A stretch of 64,000 nucleotides of DNA. Origin: Octopus bimaculoides. Taxonomy: Eukaryota. Under the pieces are notes generated by a model. It was not told the DNA's origin, ran no database searches, and saw nothing but the letters and a program-made list of their open reading frames with translations. The position numbers and the translations under genes were made by a program. Location: assembly GCF_001194135.2 (NCBI RefSeq), contig NC_068989.1, positions 81,754,273 through 81,818,272 of the forward strand. The letters run 5' to 3'. Positions 52,744 to 64,000 of this stretch are shown here, one piece after another. How positions within the stretch are numbered: the first letter of the stretch is position 1; every line of letters begins with the position of its first letter.

Positions 52744-53326
52744 TGGAAACCCACTTACCCAAACCCCCACCGTCACAGTTGCTGAGGAGATGGTAGCGGT
52801 GGTAACGGGGATGGGTGTGGTTTGATTGACCAGTGGATGATGGCAGCTCGACAACTACCCGCCCTCCTGCGTCAATGTAGATATATGCAAATAACAATGT
52901 CAGTGTGTGTGTGTGTAAGCGAAAAGCCAGTTTATTTTACTGTTAGAACACGTTGTTTGAGTGTGTGTGTGAATGCATGCATATATGTAATTATGTATGC
53001 ATGTATGTATGTAACAAAACACACACATAGATGCGCGCGCACACATACACACACACACACACACACATCTTAATGTGTGTGTATATATGTACATATCTAA
53101 TTTCATGTGTCCACATGCTTCTGGCCTTTGTCCAATAAGATCTCCCCGCATTTTCTGTTTGAACTAAACACGCACCTGTGCGTGCGTGCGTATGTATGTA
53201 ATGCCAAGGTAGACAAGTTATAACAAGTTGTCACCTGACAGTTGCAGAGCAACATATACTTGTTGGCGTCCCTCATTCATCCCTCTCTGTCCCTTCTACT
53301 TTAGGATTGTTGGCTCTCTGTTGGGG

Positions 53327-53339
53327 GTTACCTAGCAAC
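53327..53339. promoter_or_regulatory. RFX X-box motif upstream of alpha-tubulin
   Basis: GTTACCTAGCAAC fits GTNRCC-N(0-3)-RGYAAC exactly. Weaker matches at 53411-53424 and 53804-53817. Confidence 0.55.
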
Positions 53340-54456
53340 AACAACAACAGCAACGGGGTATACAGAGTTCTCCTAAACAACACACTTCTTCACATTCATA
53401 TGCACGCAATGTTTGGTTAGCAACGAGATGTTTTATATTAATGATTGGCGAAATAGCTTAAGCAAGTGGTTACATGTATCAACCATTGTTATACATTCTC
53501 ACACACGTCGCACGTATATATATTTTAAGCACACACACACACATTTAGTGTACATAATAAGGGAGAGAGTTTAAGGGAGAGAGTTTAAGGGATACAGAAG
53601 GAAGTGAGGAGCTTACGTGTGTGTGTGTGTGTACACCGGATTTGTGTGTTCTACACATACATAGAAACACACACACACACACACACACTCTCTCTCTCTC
53701 TCTCTCTCTAACACACATACACACACACAAGTCAAGTGTATAAGAAAAGTAATTTAAGGTTGACAAACCCCGGTTGGGGGTTCGAATTGTTTGTTGGCCA
53801 ACTGTTGCCATAGAAATAGGATCAGACAAACAACATTTAAAGACTACGTTCAGATCAATGCTAGTCAAAGTTAGCAATCGTGAAACCTCCTGGGACTTAG
53901 TGAGGGTGGGGTGGGGACAGTGAGATTAGTAGAATTTTTAATAAATTATGATATTAATTGTTATTGCTCCCTTAATCATTATGCTGTATACCAATCCTTT
54001 CCCAGAGAAACAAAGGTATATAGATGCAGGCATGGTCGTGTAGCTAAGAAGCTTGCTTACCAACCATGTGGTTTTGGATTCGGTCTCATTGCGCAGCACT
54101 TTCGGTGAGTGTCTTCTACTATAGCTCTGAGCCTATAGTAGAAGACACTTGGTTGTTCTGTGTGATTTTCTTTTTTTTTTTTTTTGTTTTTCTTAAGATT
54201 GGGTGTTGTGTTCTTCACCAAAACACTTCATCTCACGTCGCTCTTCGATCACTCCGGCGCCTGACATTTGGTTACACCGTGCACCTATTCAGGTAACGTT
54301 GATTTGATGGAGCGAGTCAGCTAATGTACGGTACATACATTTGATTACTACAAACAAATCATTTGTGCAGGTCGTTCAGCAAACACTGAACACTCATCAT
54401 ACGTCGTCTTGGATTTGGATGCGAGATGCCATCATATACACACACACACACACACA

Positions 54457-55667
54457 CAGAGGGCGCGATGGGTAAATTGTCGCCGTTTTATATTTTTAAT
54501 TTCGCGCATGCGCATGTTTTTGTATTTGATTTTGTCGACTACACAGTTTAGTAGGGTCAAGTTGGACAACTTCTGTGAGAGAAACAACACCATGACACAG
54601 TTCACTCAGCCAGAAATTTGGAAACGACATGCTGTACTGCAATACGAACAATTCAGAGTGTTAGAGTGTCAATCTGAGGACAGTGCAGAAGATTAGGAAA
54701 GAGATGGATGAGTCTAATGGTGATTACGAAGGTACAACAGCTCGGAAAACTCATTCTGATCGTTCTGATAATAAAAGTACTCCCGAATTTGTTAGTGAGA
54801 TCCCGCCAAGTCAATCAGGTCCATCGCCAGGGACATGGCAGTGTCTGGGTTTCTTTTTAGGCAGGTAGTGCAAGAAGACATTTGGTATTCCTCATACGAG
54901 ATAAGAAAGGACCAATTTTTATCTTAAGCCATCAAGGACAAGAGGAAAGACTGCGCTACAAAGCTTTTGAACAAATTCAAGCATCCCTTCCAACCGATCA
55001 TACTTTGGTCTTTCTCAGACAAGAAAATTTTCTGTCAGGATCAGATGGTGAGCACACAGAACAACCATTGGCTTGCCGTGTCCCCAAAACATGTACCGAG
55101 AATGATAAAAATCAAACATCCAGTCAACATCATGATGTTTGGAGAGATCACTATTGATGACGACGTTATGCCTCCATTCATCTTCTCATTCGGCCTCAAA
55201 CGCAACTCGGAGGCCTACATCAAGTGATTGGAGGAGGTAGTACTGACCTGGGTCAAGAGGGTGGCTATTGGAACACCCTTTGTCTGGCAACAGGATTCTG
55301 CACAATGTCATACAAGCAGGAGAACTCCTAACATCTGGCCACCTAACCCCCCAAAACTGTAACCCCTTTGATTATTATGTATGGGTCCCAGTTGAGTGAC
55401 AGACAAAACAAAACTCCTTGTAACACCAAAGATGAACTGAAGGCAAGGATTATGGCAGCATTCACCAACTTAAACAAGGAGACCATCCAGAAGAGTTGCA
55501 GGAGATGCTGAAGTCGTGTGGAGGCCGTGGGTGAAGCCAATGGCGACTTTATTGAATAAATTTACTCTTTAGTATGTTAAGATATTTTAATGTAATTTTG
55601 GTAAATATATCTGTTAAAATGAGATGTCAGTGTTTTTTGCGTAATTTAGACGACAATTTATTCACAT
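54457..55667 (+). mobile_element. Decayed mariner/maT-type DNA transposon 1
   Basis: PAKSIRSIARDM, WSFSDKKIFCQD, VWQQDSA.CH, IWPPN motifs; partial TIR (gggtaaattgtcgcc / gacgacaatttattc). Confidence 0.85.
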
Positions 55668-55672
55668 ACATA

Positions 55673-57645
55673 CAGGGTATTCCGAATTTATACGCATACA
55701 TACAGAGTATCCCGAAATTTAGGCAACCGAAATTTCAGGCTTTAATAACAACCAATAAATGTGATAAGATATGAAAATTATACATCATTATAAAAGCTTA
55801 GTGTGTTTTCATTTTGTTTCAGACTAAACAAATTCAGATTTATAAATTATAGAATGGCTATAGACCGAAATGCAATTGTAAGAACGACCGTGCGAACCAA
55901 AAGGAGAAATGGTGGCGAATGGAAAACAGGCTCCTTTTTTAAACGCGTCACACGGTCGACACAAAATATAATATGTTATAATATACTATAACATAGAGAA
56001 CTAAGAAGTTTGCCAGGAATGACAAGATAGGAACGCAAGCGATAAAGATGAATAACAGTAAGATTTATTGTAGCATTAAACTGTATGTCTGTGTGTGAGT
56101 GAATGCGACATATTAAAACACAATATAAGACAGGCCGTCATGTAAACAAAAGAGTGTGTATACAAATGTATGTATGTGTATGTAAGAGTTACAGAGTATA
56201 GATAAGAGTCAGTAACACGGATAAGGAAATACCAGTTCTGTTGAGGTACACAGTTCGATTGTAGGTCTGTATGTAAGAAGTTAAGGTTAAGGCAGAGCTG
56301 TCATTTGTCGTGATGTTGAGGCTTCTATGCCTGGCCGGATTCTTAATACAGATGGGTTCTAGCAGGTGTCGAATTCTGGCTGTTATTTCGTGGTGAGGCG
56401 ATTCACACAAACAGGGTTGAGAAGAGAAGCTGCGGTTGCTTGTGTACGTGGAAAAGTCATGTTGACGCTGGCGGCGATGCTTGTAGTACGTAGTTGAACG
56501 ATGCTGGTGATGTCGTCGCTGGAACTAGCTGGTTGGTTGGTGCTGTGTTACGCGTGTGTGGTCAACGACCAGATCTATGAGGATCTGAGCCGCGACGAAT
56601 TGCCGCGGATAATTTAGGCTATTTATAAGAAAATAGGGGCTCCAGAAAGCATTAGAAAAACACTCTATCACGTGACCTTATTAGTGGCTACGGTTGGTCG
56701 GTTTGCGTCCTGGCGGCAAATGGAGTGGAGACAATTGCCGCGTAAATAAAAGTCAGTCAGGTGATGACACAGCAGGCGGGAATAAGTTGTTTTCTGCTAC
56801 GCTCGCATTTGTTTATATATATACCGTGAGAGAGGTAGTTTCACTACACAATCATAACCCTACACAATCATAACCCTCCACGAAAGTAATACAGCTATAA
56901 CAAAAAAGCTTAAAATCAATCGAATAACAGACTGGAAAATTATCCAGAAATTTCAATAGACTGGTTCCACCGCTGATCGACTTGGACATGGCCGAAAAAG
57001 AAGTGTACGGAACCCTCAGCTTCTCAAAAGTACCAGAGAAAAGACATGGCAAAATCCTCGTCACAACAAAATAAGCCGAACATCGATGTATCGAGTGCAG
57101 AAAGAGGATCTCAAGACACATCCCTACATGATGATCCGCCGTCATGAGTTCACGCATGTTTATAAGGCCATGAGACTGGAGAGAAGTCGTCTTATCCTGC
57201 GTCAGATTGCTGAAGGTACCCTGGACAACCTAGTGTTCACTAGTGAAAAGAAATTTGACATCGAACAGACACCAGAATGACTTTGGAGTGTATTTGATCT
57301 GTCGAGAATATCGAGAGTAGACTCGTAAATCGACGTCAAAATTCAGTCAGCTGTGGCTTGGGCGGCTGTGAGAGCTACTGGAAGGTTTCCCCTTGTTTTT
57401 GTGCCCTCGGGTGTTAAAATTAACACCCAGCGATACATTAGCGACATTCTGGAAGCTGAACTGCTTCCCCGAGCAAATGAACATTTTTAAAGCACACCTT
57501 GGAGCCTCCAACAGAACTCAGCACCATCTAACAACTCCAAACAGATACAATACTAGATTCAGAAAGACATTATGTCATTCATAGGCAGGAAGGTTTCACT
57601 TTCAAGAAGCCCCGATCTCAACCCCTTGGATTTAATGTGACAGTC
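55673..57645 (+). mobile_element. Decayed mariner/maT-type DNA transposon 2, interrupted by solo LTR, 3' truncated
   Basis: TA|CAGGGTAT terminus, MAIDRNAI|ITLHES rejoined across the insert, LVFTSEKKFDIEQ, KINTQRYISDIL, SPDLNPLD. Confidence 0.82.
55877..56848 (-). mobile_element. Solo LTR (972 bp), probably Gypsy-type
   Basis: TGTA...TACA ends, 4-bp CAAT duplication (55873-55876 and 56849-56852), TATAAA at 56627-56622 and AATAAA at 56069-56064 on minus. Confidence 0.75.
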
Positions 57646-58685
57646 CAAGGTCGACAGGAAGCGGTCCAGCTTCCTAGGGCTAAATAGCAGCAGTATGATT
57701 CCCTTATTGGGACTGTCACATTAAGTTGACAGTATACAACTGCTTTATGCATATACGTTGTATAGTTAATTAAATATTTTGAAAGTAAAAGGGTTCTGCT
57801 TTGCGATTCTTTAATAATGATACGGCGAGCTATATAAGTTAGGAATAGTTAATCTAGGAACTCCCTAGCTGACTGGTGTTGGTGTGAACGGCTGTTATAA
57901 TGAAGAAAGCTTCTTGTGAAAATAGGGCTCAGTTACAAACGGAGGAAATTATAAGTGAGATAGGGGCCACTAGATAGATAGAGAGAGAGAGGTATTTAAA
58001 TTAGGAATACATAGAAGACAAAGGATAAATATAAGTTGAAGCTACTAGATAAACAGTGAAAGCTTATGTAACATTAGTGCGTTCCGTCTTGTCAATTGTC
58101 CATTATTATAGACAATTGTTACTGTTGCAGTCAATAATCCGTTAACGGTTTGTGTGCTATCTCGCTGTACGCTTTAAGTAGATATTCATGTTGATAAAGA
58201 TAATTAAGTCAACGGACTTAATTATCTTCACCAACACAAGTTTTGTGTCATTATTCCTGGTAGTATCTGTCCTTCAGTCCCGACCCCTCAAAAAACAGCC
58301 AAGCTGACGACTGAAACTATACTTTTAGACATGTTCCTTCATATCGCCCCCCCACCCTCAACAGAGAGCCAGGTGTTCCAAGTTCGGGAGTGGAAGAAAG
58401 GACCTACAACGTCTGGCGAATCTCACCCATTCTTCAAAACTGAGTGGCGCTCACCTAGCTGCGCACTTAAGTAAATCAATTTGTGTTCCTTTTCCCTTTG
58501 TTAAAAGAGCTTAGGTAGACATGGTTCCATCGGCGGATGCTGTCACGGGCTCTGTTTATGGAATCAATGAAGAATTGGTGCGTGTTGTCCAAATGACGTG
58601 TGGATGTGTATGTTTAGAAGTTTGGGAGGAATGATTTCATAGATTCGAAATTTCAAAAATGTGATTGTTTATTTTTAGAACGACA

Positions 58686-59336
58686 TTATCCTGCAGCCTT
58701 GGAGCGGACCGATTCCCCCGACGTGCCGCTCTGAATGACATAATCTGAAGGGGCCTTGACGCAGCTGGTTTCCCGTCTTAACTTGAGCCAGCAGGTTTCG
58801 ACCGCGGTGACGATAAACTCCCCGGCGAGATAACCCTTTTGCCAATCAAGGGGGGCAGTTANNNNNNNNNNNNNNNNNNNNNNNNNNNNNNNNNNNNNNN
58901 NNNNNNNNNNNNNNNNNNNNNNNNNNNNNNNNNNNNNNNNNNNNNNNNNNNNNNNNNNNNNNNNNNNNNNNNNNNNNNNNNNNNNNNNNNNNNNNNNNNN
59001 NNNNNNNNNNNNNNNNNNNNNNNNNNNNNNNNNNNNNNNNNNNNNNNNNNNNNNNNNNNNNNNNNNNNNNNNNNNNNNNNNNNNNNNNNNNNNNNNNNNN
59101 NNNNNNNNNNNNNNNNNNNNNNNNNNNNNNNNNNNNNNNNNNNNNNNNNNNNNNNNNNNNNNNNNNNNNNNNNNNNNNNNNNNNNNNNNNNNNNNNNNNN
59201 NNNNNNNNNNNNNNNNNNNNNNNCAGTAAGTGTTGCTGGCCATTCTCCCGAGTAACGCCATCGCGATTACCGCTGGGTACGCTCGAGCACCCCTCATGTT
59301 CTGGGGTGTGTGGCCCTTCGTCCCCTCCCCATCCAT
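58686..59336 (-). other. GC/CpG-rich island with possible ORF broken by a 362-N gap
   Basis: gaagATGG start (MDGEGTKGHTPQNMRGARAYPAVIAMALLGRMASNTY...), after the gap ...TAPLDWQKGYLAGEFIVTAVETCWLKLRRE...KAAG*, and AATAAA at 58668-58673. Frame across the gap is not established. Confidence 0.3.
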
Positions 59337-59974
59337 CTTCCGCTGTTTTACACCTCCCTTTTTTCCTTGTCTTTCGTTTCATTTCTATTATCTTTTCTTT
59401 GCATTTAAGCGATCTAATAAAATATAACTTGCAATTCTCTCTAAAAAAAAAAAAAAAAGAAAAGTATCTGATTCGAGGTAACTTGGCAGTTATTTTTAGC
59501 ATATCGAACCTCGTTTCCTCCTTGGTTCGTAAAGAGTTCAATTTGTTAACTTGATTACCTTGGTTACCACTGTTGGTTACGTGGTTACCATTGCTAACAA
59601 CTTAGTCAATATGTAAACCGAATTAGTCATATTAAACAATAGTAGTAGTGTTTAGTGATAGCGGTGGTGGTGATGGTGGCGATAATGATGGTAGCAGTGG
59701 TGATGGTGTGTACTGATGATGATGATGGTGGTGGTAGTGAGAATGATCATTATAGTAGTTATGGTGTAGTGATTAAGTAGCGGGTGTGGGAGTGGTATCA
59801 TCTGGTGACGGTGGTGTCCACAAAAGTGAAGATAGTTGGTAGCAGGTAATAGAGAAACCATGTCTTATAAACAACTACGAAACGGTTTCAATTTTCGTCC
59901 CGGTTTTCCATTCAAAACACTAATAGGTATGCGAAACGTATGAATATCACAGCTTAGCAGTTCTACCTTTAAAG

Positions 59975-60335
59975 TACATAACCAAGCTTACTTCCTAACC
60001 ACATGGTTCCGGGTTCAGTCCCACTGCGTGGCACCTTGGGCAAGTGTCTTCTACTATAGCCTTGGGCCGACCAAAGCCTTGTAAGTGGATTTGGTAGACG
60101 AAAACTGAAATAAGTCCGTCGTATATAATACACACATATATATATATATGTGTGTGTGTGCGTGTGTGTGTGTGGAAATCTGTGGGTATGTTTATTTGTA
60201 GCGGTTCGGTAAATAAGTTACGACGGAACAAGTACTAGGCTTACAAAAAATAAGTCCTGGGGTCGATTTGTTCGACTAAAGGTGATGCTCAAGCATGGTC
60301 GCAGTCAAATGACTGAAACAAGTAAAAGAATAAAG
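59975..60335 (+). mobile_element. SINE A
   Basis: Family A; a more diverged variant follows at about 60540-60875. Confidence 0.85.
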
Positions 60336-60995
60336 TAGTCGCATAAGTGGTAGATGATGATGATGATGATATGATGATGATAATTATGATGATGATGGTG
60401 GTGGTGGTGGCAGAAAACTAAGAATTAAAAATGACTTAGGCAGGATTTGAACTCAGAACAAATAAATACCACATTCCCTCACAGTATTTTTAATGCTGAC
60501 AGTTCATAATAATAATCAAACTTCACAAAAAGCAACACGCAGACATGGTTGTGTTCTTAAGAAGTTCGCTTTGCAACTACGTGGTTTCGGGATCGTTTCC
60601 AGTTCGCTGCAGCTTGGACCTCCGGACCTTGCGAGTAAATTCGGTAGACCGAGGCTATGCGGGAGCCCGTCGTGCACACGTGTGCGCGCGTGTCTGTCCA
60701 CCGCAGCGTGACAACCGGTGCTGGTTTGTTTACGCCTCGTCATTTGGCGGTTCGGCTTGAGAAACCGATAGAATGAGTACCTGACATATGTACTGGGATC
60801 GATTTGTTCAACCTAAACCTTTTGATGCGGTGCCCCAGCGTGGCCACAGTCCAATGACTGAAACAAATCAAAAGAAATAGAATTTCCGCTTCACTCTGCC
60901 ACCACCACCACCACCATCATCATCATAATCATCTACCACTTATGCGACTACTTTATTCTTTTACTTGTTTCAGTCATTTGACTGCGACCATGCTT

Positions 60996-61037
60996 GGGAC
61001 GGCTATGAGTGGAAGGCCTTCCACTCATAGCCATCCC
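60996..61037. repeat. 42-bp loopless palindrome
   Basis: gggacggctatgagtggaagg|ccttccactcatagccatccc, one mismatch in 21-bp arms. Confidence 0.95.
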
Positions 61038-62442
61038 GTTTTTTTTTTTCAGACTCTGTGTATTTGTACTATTCAATGTGCCCTTCACTTTTTAAAAAGG
61101 TAGGTTATGATTTGAAAGAGATTTGTCAGTTACTTTTAGCAAATACTAGTCCCCTCTCTTAAAATTCCAGGCCTTGCGCCAATAAATACCAGTCAAGAAC
61201 TAGGATCGATGTAATCGTCTGCCCAATCCCCCCCCCTCCAAAATTGCAAGTCTTGTACCTATATTAGTTTCAAATTGTGGTACATGGCTAGTGATTTCGG
61301 GAAAGGGGTAAGTCGATTACATCGACCCCAGTAATCAACTGAGACTTATTTTAACGACCCTGAAAGGATGAAAGACAAAGTCGACCTTGGCGAAATTTGA
61401 ACTCAAAGCTGTTGAGCATTTTCCCCGGCGTGCTAACACTTTTATCAGCTCGCTGCCTTAAGGGCCTTGTAACTGTATGAGAAAAGGATTATTTGTAAGA
61501 CAGTTGACTTGCGAGTAAGTATTATGAAATAGTTTTTTGTTTTTTTTGTAAAAATATTTTACTGGTAATTGAACTGTGGCCATGTGCAGGGTTTAGCCTA
61601 GCATATCAACCTCAAAACTTAATATTTATTTTACCTACGTATATTTATCGACATGCTATGCTACAGTACATAAACAACCAGTTTCAAGAGGCATTAACGT
61701 AAACACACTCACACACGACGGGCTTCCATACAGTTTCTGCTTGGCAAATTTCACTCAAATGATTATTAAACTTGAGGCTTTAATTGAAGATAATTGCCGC
61801 AAGTGCTACGCAGTGGGATTGATCACAAAACCACGTGGTTTCCAAGCACAATTCTAAATCATAGTTACAGCCACACCTATACTGCTGGTCCTTTTTTAGA
61901 ATCCACAACTCAGTGGGTCAGCTGCTATGCTCCGTGCATTGGAACAATAGATTCAAGTTTAGTCATATGAATAGTCTTCTCGTTAAAATAAGCACGTGAT
62001 GCAGCGTATCAAGTATTGTTAAATATTTACCAACGTAAACTTTACTCTAACAGAATAATATATATGGGTTATATCTAATGAATAGCTTCTTAGATTCTAA
62101 GTCAGGGTTCGAAACCGAATCTACATTTTTCTACCAGTTCCTTTCCTATTATTCTCAGCATTAGTACTTAAACATCTATGAGACTCAACTGCCACACTTG
62201 GTTAAGTTCTAATGTGTAAGTTAACATTTTAAGGTTAAGCATGGTTCAGGCAGCTACGAGCTGGAAATCCTTTGTCGGCAGGGTGGCCGTCTTACTCTGA
62301 AAAATCATGAAATCTTAAGGCATCTGTAATTTAGGTCGCGGCTTGGTGAAAGGCAGCATGACAGTGCTTTGAAACTAGCGGCCGTCTATTCTCCGAGAGA
62401 GACAGAACAGTCCAATTCAGATGTCTAGAAGATTTCCTAGAG

Positions 62443-62613
62443 ATGTCCCGATCACTACTGCAAGTGAAGTATCGAAACTGCATTTTAATTGCACAGGAGA
62501 ACTGTTTGAGAAAAGCGCATAGGAAATCAATGTGCAAAAACCTGGAAAACCAGCTCAGAAGTGTCCAATTGCCTGACAAGTACCAATGGAATTTTTCTGT
62601 TGTGCTAATGTGG
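62443..62613 (+). CDS. Unrecognised gene, exon A
   Basis: MSRSLLQVKYRNCILIAQENCLRKAHRKSMCKNLENQLRSVQLPDKYQWNFSVVLMW then GTATGA donor (phase 0). The true start could instead be the internal acceptor ttaattgcacag|GAG at about 62497. Confidence 0.5.
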
Positions 62614-62682
62614 GTATGAAATAAATACAGCGGATCATATAAAGTTATATCTAGTGATTCATTGCACTAACAGATAGTGTAG

Positions 62683-62780
62683 GATGTCCATAGTTTAAAC
62701 TGGTCGGTATACACACAGATCGGCTCCGGCGCATGTTATGCGATTGCTGACAACTTTCCTACAGAATTTATGTATATCTG
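62683..62780 (+). CDS. Unrecognised gene, exon B
   Basis: CTAAC branch-like motif then gtgtag acceptor, DVHSLNWSVYTQIGSGACYAIADNFPTEFMYI-TG, GTAAGT donor, phase 0-2. Confidence 0.55.
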
Positions 62781-63014
62781 GTAAGTTTTTTTTCTTTACA
62801 TTTAACCTTTGTATGTTTGTATAACTTGTCAAATTCAATTACATGTAACTTGCAGAAAGACCACCCTCTGCTAACACCTTGATAATATTTTCCTATTTGA
62901 TTCCTAATTCTAATAATTTTTATATTTTACGTTTAATTATCTCTTTGTATAATAGTAATTATCTCTTTGTATAATACTTGCTTAGTAAGTATTGCTTTCA
63001 TTATTTTATCACAG

Positions 63015-63133
63015 TCATAATCTCTCTTTTTTAAACAAACATCACGGTAGTCCAACAACAGAGGGAGAACAAGTTTGTCAAGTTTTACCATCCCCTCAAA
63101 GCAACACAGAGATTTCAATTCAGCACTCCTTCT
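63015..63133 (+). CDS. Unrecognised gene, exon C (gene continues beyond window)
   Basis: ttattttatcacag acceptor, T-HNLSFLNKHHGSPTTEGEQVCQVLPSPQSNTEISIQHSF-T, GTAAGT donor, phase 2-1, in frame with exon B. Confidence 0.6.
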
Positions 63134-64000
63134 GTAAGTTTTGCAGAGTGTGAGCGAGAGAACATTGCAAACAATGAATGAAATAAACATGAAATGAAAA
63201 ATCGTATAAATAAAAGGACATTACTACAGATGTATATACTCCCGACTTTGTTGCCTCATGACATCCAGAAAAATGGATACTTTTAAACAAAATTTTCTAC
63301 AAATACCACTTAGATGTTGTGGCTTCAGAGTATATAGGGATTTATGAGAAAGAATTTTTCCGAGGGGGTGGAGAGAAGTGTTTTGGAAAATTCACATGAT
63401 CTGACTTTTTTCCCTGATAACTTTCAGGAAGATGGGTATCTTTCAATGAAAATTTATACAAATCCCTTTCAAACGGCATAGATTACGATTATAAAGAAAT
63501 TTATGGGGAAAATTTCTCCAGGGATTTTCCTCAATTTTTTTTTTAAATCACAGCCTTCGGAATAATGAGTGGGGGTGGGTGTGGGGAATCTTTATATGAA
63601 AAACGTTTTGTAAACATTTTTTCTTACACTCTGTCCCTCATCATCCCACTCTAGATCTATTTTGGCTAATTTTTTTTTTTTTTTTGCACTTCAAAACCAT
63701 GAGAAGAGCATTTTCGGTAATTTTTTAATTTTTTATTGCTAATAATCTCAGAGGGAAAAGTGAGTGATTTAAGGGCGATTTGGCTGTTGTTTCAAACATA
63801 TCCAAAGACACCCCTCCTCGTTTCTTTATCACTCTGGCATGTATTGATGTTTTTTAATATTTCCCCCCATAAATACATTTATATGCTATAAAAAGAAAAA
63901 TTTAAGAAATTATGAATTTTTTGCAACCCCTCTCCCTGCCCCCTGTTTAGAAATTAAAATATTGGAGAGACTGAGAAGGTCAATGCTGGCATTTATCCAC

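Noticed and set aside
61053-61099. 47-nt exon with T-rich acceptor and GTAGGT donor
   Set aside because: The donor falls in a dispersed repeat motif also seen near 37310 and 63765; support is insufficient.

Overview
AT-rich, microsatellite- and SINE-dense animal genomic DNA with several N gaps. The repeat families look to me like those of an octopod cephalopod; this is recollection, not a database result. Genes: (1) a PH + RhoGAP gene of the ARHGAP9/12/15/27 family. Five exons, including the PH domain, are on the MINUS strand (17911->2566) and six, including the GAP domain, are on the PLUS strand (19752->36247). The splice phases join perfectly and the minus block sits between two 100-N gaps, so a mis-oriented contig is the most likely explanation. 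An intronic exon at 28431-28693 predicts a GAP-only isoform with a new Tyr/Asn/Pro-rich N-terminus. (2) A complete 3-exon, 451-aa alpha-tubulin on the minus strand (52560->45362) with RFX X-box motifs upstream and a divergent acidic tail. (3) A phase-consistent 3-exon ORF chain of unrecognised product at 62443-63133 (+), running out of the window. (4) A gap-interrupted GC-rich island with a possible ORF at 58686-59336. The rest is decayed mobile DNA: several tRNA-type SINE families, CR1/L2-type, RTE, Penelope and RLE-type retroelement fragments, two Helitron remnants with intact 3' termini, two maT/mariner remnants (one with a solo LTR inserted), MITEs, and a fold-back element carrying head-to-head TTAGGG/CCCTAA arrays. 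No prokaryotic, CRISPR, rRNA or true tRNA features were found.
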